A DNA stretch of 64,000 nucleotides from Oligoflexia bacterium (lineage in GTDB: Bacteria > Bdellovibrionota > UBA1018), in assembly GCA_963758495.1 (NCBI GenBank), contig CAVWVI010000003.1, positions 960,001-1,024,000 of the forward strand, given 5' to 3'. Shown piece after piece: positions 59,348-64,000 of the stretch. The notes below the pieces were generated by a model, which was not told the DNA's origin, made no database searches, and was given only the letters and a program-made list of their open reading frames with translations. Numbering within the stretch: the stretch's first letter is position 1; every line of letters starts with the position of its first letter. The position numbers were made by a program, and so were the translations under genes.

Positions 59348-60250
59348 TCAGTCCCGACTTGCAACTCTCTCCCCGAGTTGGATCCATGTCTCTCTACCAC
59401 GCAAAGTCTGCGCTAAAAGATCCGCATCCGGAGTCCATGCGCCGGGCTCACCTAATACAATCACAGTAGAGCCACCGAATAAGAAATACCCTTTCTCATC
59501 GCCTCGTCTAAAAGAAGTATCGGGCCGATGAGTCTGAACAATCTTTCCAACGCAAAGAGCACCCACTTCGATATAAGCTAGCTTGCCGAAATTCTGGGTC
59601 TCCAGAATACTCACTTGACGCTCATTCGTGATAAAAACATTTTCTTTATACTGAAGTGCGATTGGATTTACCGAGTGAAGATTTCCATGCAAGGTATAGC
59701 TTTCCAATACTTTACCAGAATCTGGAAAATGAAAGCGATGATAATCAGTGGGACAAAGTCGAGCCAAAAGTAAGGCCCCTCCATGAAATGGTTTTGCTTT
59801 TTCTTCGCTCCCCAATAAGGCGGCCGCGGAAAGAGCCGTACCTTTTACTGGAAATTTTTGCTCAGAAAGAATCTCTTCAAATGCATAGTAACGAGCTTCA
59901 GAAAATGCTGGCATTTCAGACGGCTTCTGAACAAAACTTCGTAAGCCTGGTTTAAATTTTCGGATAAAAAAATCATTAAAAGTTTTGAAATTTACGTCTT
60001 CAAATTCATCCATTCGAATTTGAAATTTTTTTACGAATGGCTTTACTTTATGTCCGCTGAGACTGGAAGCTTGATAAGCACCGTAAATTTGACTCACCCA
60101 AGGCTTAGATAGGACTCGATCAACTAATTGCTGACCAAGCTTTGTACCATAAGCCCATCGCAAAACCCCATCCCCATAAACCTGTTCGACCTCTTCTCGT
60201 GACTCTTTACGATTCCAAAATAAAATTCGGCTCTCGGTTGCATCCGCCAT
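59348..60250 (-). CDS. psd: Phosphatidylserine decarboxylase proenzyme
   Basis: FNDFFIRK, RLCPTDYHRFHFP, HSVNP, NER, FGGST autocleavage site. Confidence 0.93.
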   Translation of the reverse strand: MADATESRILFWNRKESREEVEQVYGDGVLRWAYGTKLGQQLVDRVLSKPWVSQIYGAYQASSLSGHKVKPFVKKFQIRMDEFEDVNFKTFNDFFIRKFKPGLRSFVQKPSEMPAFSEARYYAFEEILSEQKFPVKGTALSAAALLGSEEKAKPFHGGALLLARLCPTDYHRFHFPDSGKVLESYTLHGNLHSVNPIALQYKENVFITNERQVSILETQNFGKLAYIEVGALCVGKIVQTHRPDTSFRRGDEKGYFLFGGSTVIVLGEPGAWTPDADLLAQTLRGRETWIQLGERVASRD

Positions 60251-60257
60251 ACTTCGT

Positions 60258-61061
60258 TTACCCTTCTCGTAACTTTTTACTCCGTCTCGCCGCAGCCAAT
60301 ACTGCTTTGATTAAAGTCACTCGAAGTTTTCCTTCTTCAAGTGCCATCAATCCATCAATGGTACAACCTGCCGGAGTAGTCACTTCATCCTTAAGAGCTG
60401 CAGGATGGACACCTCTCTTCAGCACCATCTGAGCCGAACCTGCTAACGTCTGAGCTGCCAAAAGAGTCGATACCGAACGCGACAAGCCCATTTTCACACC
60501 AGCCTCGCTCAGTGCCTCAATAATCAAGTAGACATAGGCCGGCCCACAGCCGCTCAATCCGGTTACTCCATCCATGAGTGCCTCTTCAACAACAGCCGTT
60601 TCCCCCATTGTATCGAAAATTTTTCGAGCAACCGAAAGATCTCTTTTCTGGGTTCGGGGCCCTGCGCATAAAACAGTCATTCCTTGTCCAATTAAACAAG
60701 GAGTATTGGGCATAGCACGAACGATCGAGGCTTTGTTTCCAGACCAATCCGAAAGTTGTTGTGTTGTTACGGCGGCACATAAAGAAATCAGAAGATGCTT
60801 TTCCTGAATTTGAGGAGCAACAGAACAGAGAACACTTTCAGCTTGATGAGGTTTAACACAAAGAAGTATGACTTCTGAAGAACTGATTAACCTTTCGTTA
60901 TCTGTATGACACTCAATCAAAAGCCGGCGAGAAATTTCCTGAGCACTCGTTTGAGTTCGGGTAGTTCCTGTAATTTCATTTTCTTTGGAGAGGGGCGAAA
61001 GTGCAAGTCCCTGAACGACCGCTTCTCCCATTTTACCAAATCCTAAAATTCCGATTTTCAT
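60258..61061 (-). CDS. proC: Pyrroline-5-carboxylate reductase
   Basis: GFGKMG, CVKP, RAMPNTP, SGCGPAY, VTTPAGCT. Confidence 0.95.
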   Translation of the reverse strand: MKIGILGFGKMGEAVVQGLALSPLSKENEITGTTRTQTSAQEISRRLLIECHTDNERLISSSEVILLCVKPHQAESVLCSVAPQIQEKHLLISLCAAVTTQQLSDWSGNKASIVRAMPNTPCLIGQGMTVLCAGPRTQKRDLSVARKIFDTMGETAVVEEALMDGVTGLSGCGPAYVYLIIEALSEAGVKMGLSRSVSTLLAAQTLAGSAQMVLKRGVHPAALKDEVTTPAGCTIDGLMALEEGKLRVTLIKAVLAAARRSKKLREG

Positions 61062-61065
61062 TGCA

Positions 61066-62343
61066 TCATCCCCTCACTTGCCCCATCCCATTAACAATCC
61101 ACCGAACGCTAGTCAACTCACGGAGCCCCACAGGACCTCTTACATGCAGCTTTTGGGTGCTAATTCCCAATTCACCGCCTAAGCCCATTTCAAAACCATC
61201 AGTAAATCGAGTAGAAGTATTCCAGTAAACGACTGCGGCATCCACTTCAGTCTGAAACTTTTGAGCAATCGTTTGCGATCGCGTAATAATGGCTTCAGAA
61301 TGGTGTGACCCATGTTTTTCGATGTGAGAGATGGCATCTTCTAAGGAGTTCACCACCTTGCAACTCATACTCAAGCTCAAGTACTCTGTGTTCCAACTTT
61401 GTTTCGTAGCATGCTTTACATTTTGACGGCCCTCGAGAATCGAGAATGAAGCAGGACAAGTAAACCATTCTACACCGTGCGCCAAAAGACGAGAATGAAG
61501 CTGTGGTAAAAACTCCTTGGCGACTTGCTCATGCACGAGGAGTGTTTCCATAGCGTTGCAAACGCCCGGTCGTTGAGTCTTCGCATTGATAATAATATTC
61601 GAAGCCATCGTTAAATCAGCATCCTCATGGATATAAATATGACATAATCCTCGATCATTTTTGATAACAGGAATGGTAGACTCATTTGTGACATATTCAA
61701 TGAGTGCATCCCCTCCCCTAGGTACGACAACATCGATCCATTGCTTTTGTTTTAATAAGAAATGCGATAATTCCCGATCTGAATCTTTGATTCCCCAAAA
61801 ACTATTCTTGGAACAACCCTCAGAATGGAGAGCCTTTTCAAGAATCTCATAGAGGACTTTTGTAGTCTTCATGGATTCTTTTCCACCCCGTAAAATAATG
61901 ACATTGCCGGATTTAAAAGCCAATGAAAATGCTTCAATCGCCACGTTTGGGCGAGATTCAAATATCATAAAAATAACGCCCAGCGGTGAGCGGATTCGCC
62001 GTGCCTTTAATCCATTTTTAAATTGCTTCTCATCGATGACCTCACCTACTGGATCAGAAAGCAAAGCGACTTGTTTCAGACTTTCTACCATCCCCGAAAT
62101 TCTCTCGGGAGTTAACGTCAGGCGATCTAGAAAAGAAGAAGAAAAAAGTGAATTTTCTATTACCTTCTTTCTGGCTAAACGAAGGTCCATTTGATTGGCC
62201 TTGAGTATCTCATTTTGGTGCGTCAGTAAAAGCTCCGCAGCCCTGAGCAAAACTTGATTTTTTCGAGCAGTCGCGAGTGATCTGAGTTCTTTTGCTGATT
62301 TTTTTAATCTACGCAATTGCGTAAGAGTGATGGCTTCGTTCAT
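61066..62343 (-). CDS. proA: Gamma-glutamyl phosphate reductase
   Basis: PLGVI..IFESRPNV, VCNAMETLLVH, NTSTRFTDG, GISTQKLHVRGPVGL. Confidence 0.95.
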   Translation of the reverse strand: MNEAITLTQLRRLKKSAKELRSLATARKNQVLLRAAELLLTHQNEILKANQMDLRLARKKVIENSLFSSSFLDRLTLTPERISGMVESLKQVALLSDPVGEVIDEKQFKNGLKARRIRSPLGVIFMIFESRPNVAIEAFSLAFKSGNVIILRGGKESMKTTKVLYEILEKALHSEGCSKNSFWGIKDSDRELSHFLLKQKQWIDVVVPRGGDALIEYVTNESTIPVIKNDRGLCHIYIHEDADLTMASNIIINAKTQRPGVCNAMETLLVHEQVAKEFLPQLHSRLLAHGVEWFTCPASFSILEGRQNVKHATKQSWNTEYLSLSMSCKVVNSLEDAISHIEKHGSHHSEAIITRSQTIAQKFQTEVDAAVVYWNTSTRFTDGFEMGLGGELGISTQKLHVRGPVGLRELTSVRWIVNGMGQVRG

Positions 62344-62348
62344 TTCTA

Positions 62349-63167
62349 CTATTTTCCCTTTTGGGCTTCAATCCATGTGCCGACCTGTTTATCTTCTGCC
62401 ACATGAAGAAGAACTGAAGGGAGATCCCCTTTAGCCAACCAAGTATCAATCCCTTGCGCTGATGCTTCATTCGCAGCTTTCAGTTTAGAATACATACCCC
62501 CTGTACCGCGGGTTGTCCCCGCTTCCGGTGCCATCTTGGCAAGAAAATGCGGGCTTACATCTGAAATTTTACGAATCAATTGTGCATCAGCATGCTTTCT
62601 TGGATCCACATCGTAAAGTCCTTCTACATCTGTCAAAATCAATAACCGATCCGCATGAATACAATGCGCTACTTTGGCGGAAAGCGAATCATTATCACCA
62701 AATCGAATTTCTTCGGTTGCAACTGCGTCATTTTCATTAAGAATCGGCGTCACACCCCACTCCAAGAGTTGCTCAATGGTATTTTTAAAACAACCTCGCC
62801 GATTCTTATCCGCTAGGTCATCATAAGTCAGCAAAATTTGTGCACCTAACAAGCCCTGGGCATGAAGTGCCAGATTGTAGAGGTCCATCACGATAGGTTG
62901 ACCAATTGCACTCAACGCCTGCTTTTCCGCCAACAATCGATTAGGCTTTTTAAATTGGGTGCGATCTACCGCAGAGGCAATGGCTCCCGAGGTCACCCAA
63001 ATGACCTCGATTTCATGATCTCTTCGGAGCTGTGCCACTTGTTGCATCCACGCTCGAATCAGAAGAGGCCCCCCGGAACAAACAATATTACTTCCGGCCT
63101 TCACTACCCATCGTTTGAATTTAGGGCTGAATTTAGGGCTGAATTTAGAACGATTTTTTTTTTGCAT
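62349..63167 (-). CDS. proB: Glutamate 5-kinase, short form without PUA domain
   Basis: VVKAGS, VTSGAI, KQALSAIGQ, NENDAV, FGDNDSLSA, GTGGMYSK. Confidence 0.95.
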   Translation of the reverse strand: MQKKNRSKFSPKFSPKFKRWVVKAGSNIVCSGGPLLIRAWMQQVAQLRRDHEIEVIWVTSGAIASAVDRTQFKKPNRLLAEKQALSAIGQPIVMDLYNLALHAQGLLGAQILLTYDDLADKNRRGCFKNTIEQLLEWGVTPILNENDAVATEEIRFGDNDSLSAKVAHCIHADRLLILTDVEGLYDVDPRKHADAQLIRKISDVSPHFLAKMAPEAGTTRGTGGMYSKLKAANEASAQGIDTWLAKGDLPSVLLHVAEDKQVGTWIEAQKGK

Positions 63168-63169
63168 GA

Positions 63170-63742
63170 TTAGGTCAAATAGGGGCCTAAACCCTGAGCC
63201 TTACGAATGGCATCCGCTACTTCTCGAACTGCACCCCATCCTCCTGAACTCTCAGTTACATAATGAACTCGGCTTTTCACTGGATCCACGGCATGAGGAA
63301 CCGTAGCACTGAACCCCACTCTTTCAATAATGGGGATGTCAAAAAGATCATCTCCCATGAAAGCCATTTGATCCAAGGTAATACCCGTTGACTGAATAAT
63401 CTTATTCAAAGCAATCAATTTATCTTCATCACCTAAAAAAACGTGCTTAATATTCAAGAACTCCATTCGAGTTCGAACATCCTGCGAATCACCCCCGCTG
63501 ATCACTGCAACTTGAATTCCATATTTCATGAGAATCTTGAGTCCATGACCGTCTTTGATGTGAAAGTAACGAGTCCATCCATGACCATTCAGCCAAAAAA
63601 CCCGGCCATCAGTCATCACGCCGTCCACATCGAGAATCAGGAGTTTAATCTTTTTTAATCGATTTTGAATATCGGGAGTTTCCAATAATTTGGATGAAGC
63701 AACACTGGAAGATAGATTCATGAATTTCCCCTCTATGAGCAA
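63170..63742 (-). CDS. kdsC: KDO 8-phosphate phosphatase (HAD family)
   Basis: LDVDGVMTDG, KDGHG, GDDLFD, GGWGAVRE; follows kdsA. Confidence 0.92.
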   Translation of the reverse strand: MLIEGKFMNLSSSVASSKLLETPDIQNRLKKIKLLILDVDGVMTDGRVFWLNGHGWTRYFHIKDGHGLKILMKYGIQVAVISGGDSQDVRTRMEFLNIKHVFLGDEDKLIALNKIIQSTGITLDQMAFMGDDLFDIPIIERVGFSATVPHAVDPVKSRVHYVTESSGGWGAVREVADAIRKAQGLGPYLT

Positions 63743-64000
63743 GCCTCTGGCAAAAGCTTAGGCTGATTTAAAACTAATGAACGAATTTCAAGAAGTTGTT
63801 TTACAAATGCCCCAACATGTTCCAAGTAAAATGCATTGGGTCCATCACTTTTAGCCTCAATGGGGCGTGGGTGACATTCCATAAAAAGCCCACTTGCACC
63901 TGCAGCCATAGCCGCACGAGCCAATGTCTCTAGATATTCTCGTTTTCCACCGGTGCTCTTACCTCCCAAACCCATTCCAGGCATCTGAATAGAGTGAGTC
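63733..64000 (-). CDS. kdsA: KDO 8-phosphate synthase, 3' part (truncated by window edge)
   Basis: THSIQMPG...STGGKRE, LARAA.AAG, GLFMECHP, AKSDGPN. Confidence 0.9.
   Translation of the reverse strand, partial: THSIQMPGMGLGGKSTGGKREYLETLARAAMAAGASGLFMECHPRPIEAKSDGPNAFYLEHVGAFVKQLLEIRSLVLNQPKLLPEACS

Noticed and set aside
63116..63148. 12-bp tandem repeat (KFSP) at the proB N-terminus and missing PUA domain
   Set aside because: Short in-frame slippage in an unconserved leader; PUA-less glutamate kinases are well known
772..63658. Remaining short (60-125 aa) ORFs nested in or antisense to assigned genes
   Set aside because: Overlap well-supported CDSs almost entirely and show no recognisable motifs

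Overview
Gene-dense bacterial chromosomal window. Gene content and order suggest Bdellovibrionota or a related deltaproteobacterium-like lineage (inference, not searched). Left to right: partial rimK-family ligase; DHH phosphoesterase and VAT-1-like oxidoreductase; GldA/F/G-like ABC system with DUF4340, Yip1, a compact M13-like metallopeptidase and a lipoprotein; a nucleotide-salvage cluster (tdk, atypical upp, hpt, GHMP kinase, DUF429-like protein) running into oppB/oppC and an orphan crtY; a ~25 kb Wzx/Wzy polysaccharide locus (nine GT4s, one half-GT, AsnB, acyltransferase, SLBB-only export protein, Wzc, WecA-like enzyme, receiver protein, two methyltransferases); two oppA paralogues; an isc operon with a four-times frameshifted hscA; an accessory island (triple-ricin GH30, signal-peptide GT2, eukaryote-like GH30); then psd, proCAB, kdsC and partial kdsA. 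The best candidates for undescribed biology are a WecA-type priming transferase fused to a degenerate GGDEF-like domain that keeps the RxxD c-di-GMP site, and the GH30-GT2-GH30 glycan island. I recognised no tRNA, rRNA, CRISPR array or mobile element. All family calls come from motif recognition, with no database search.
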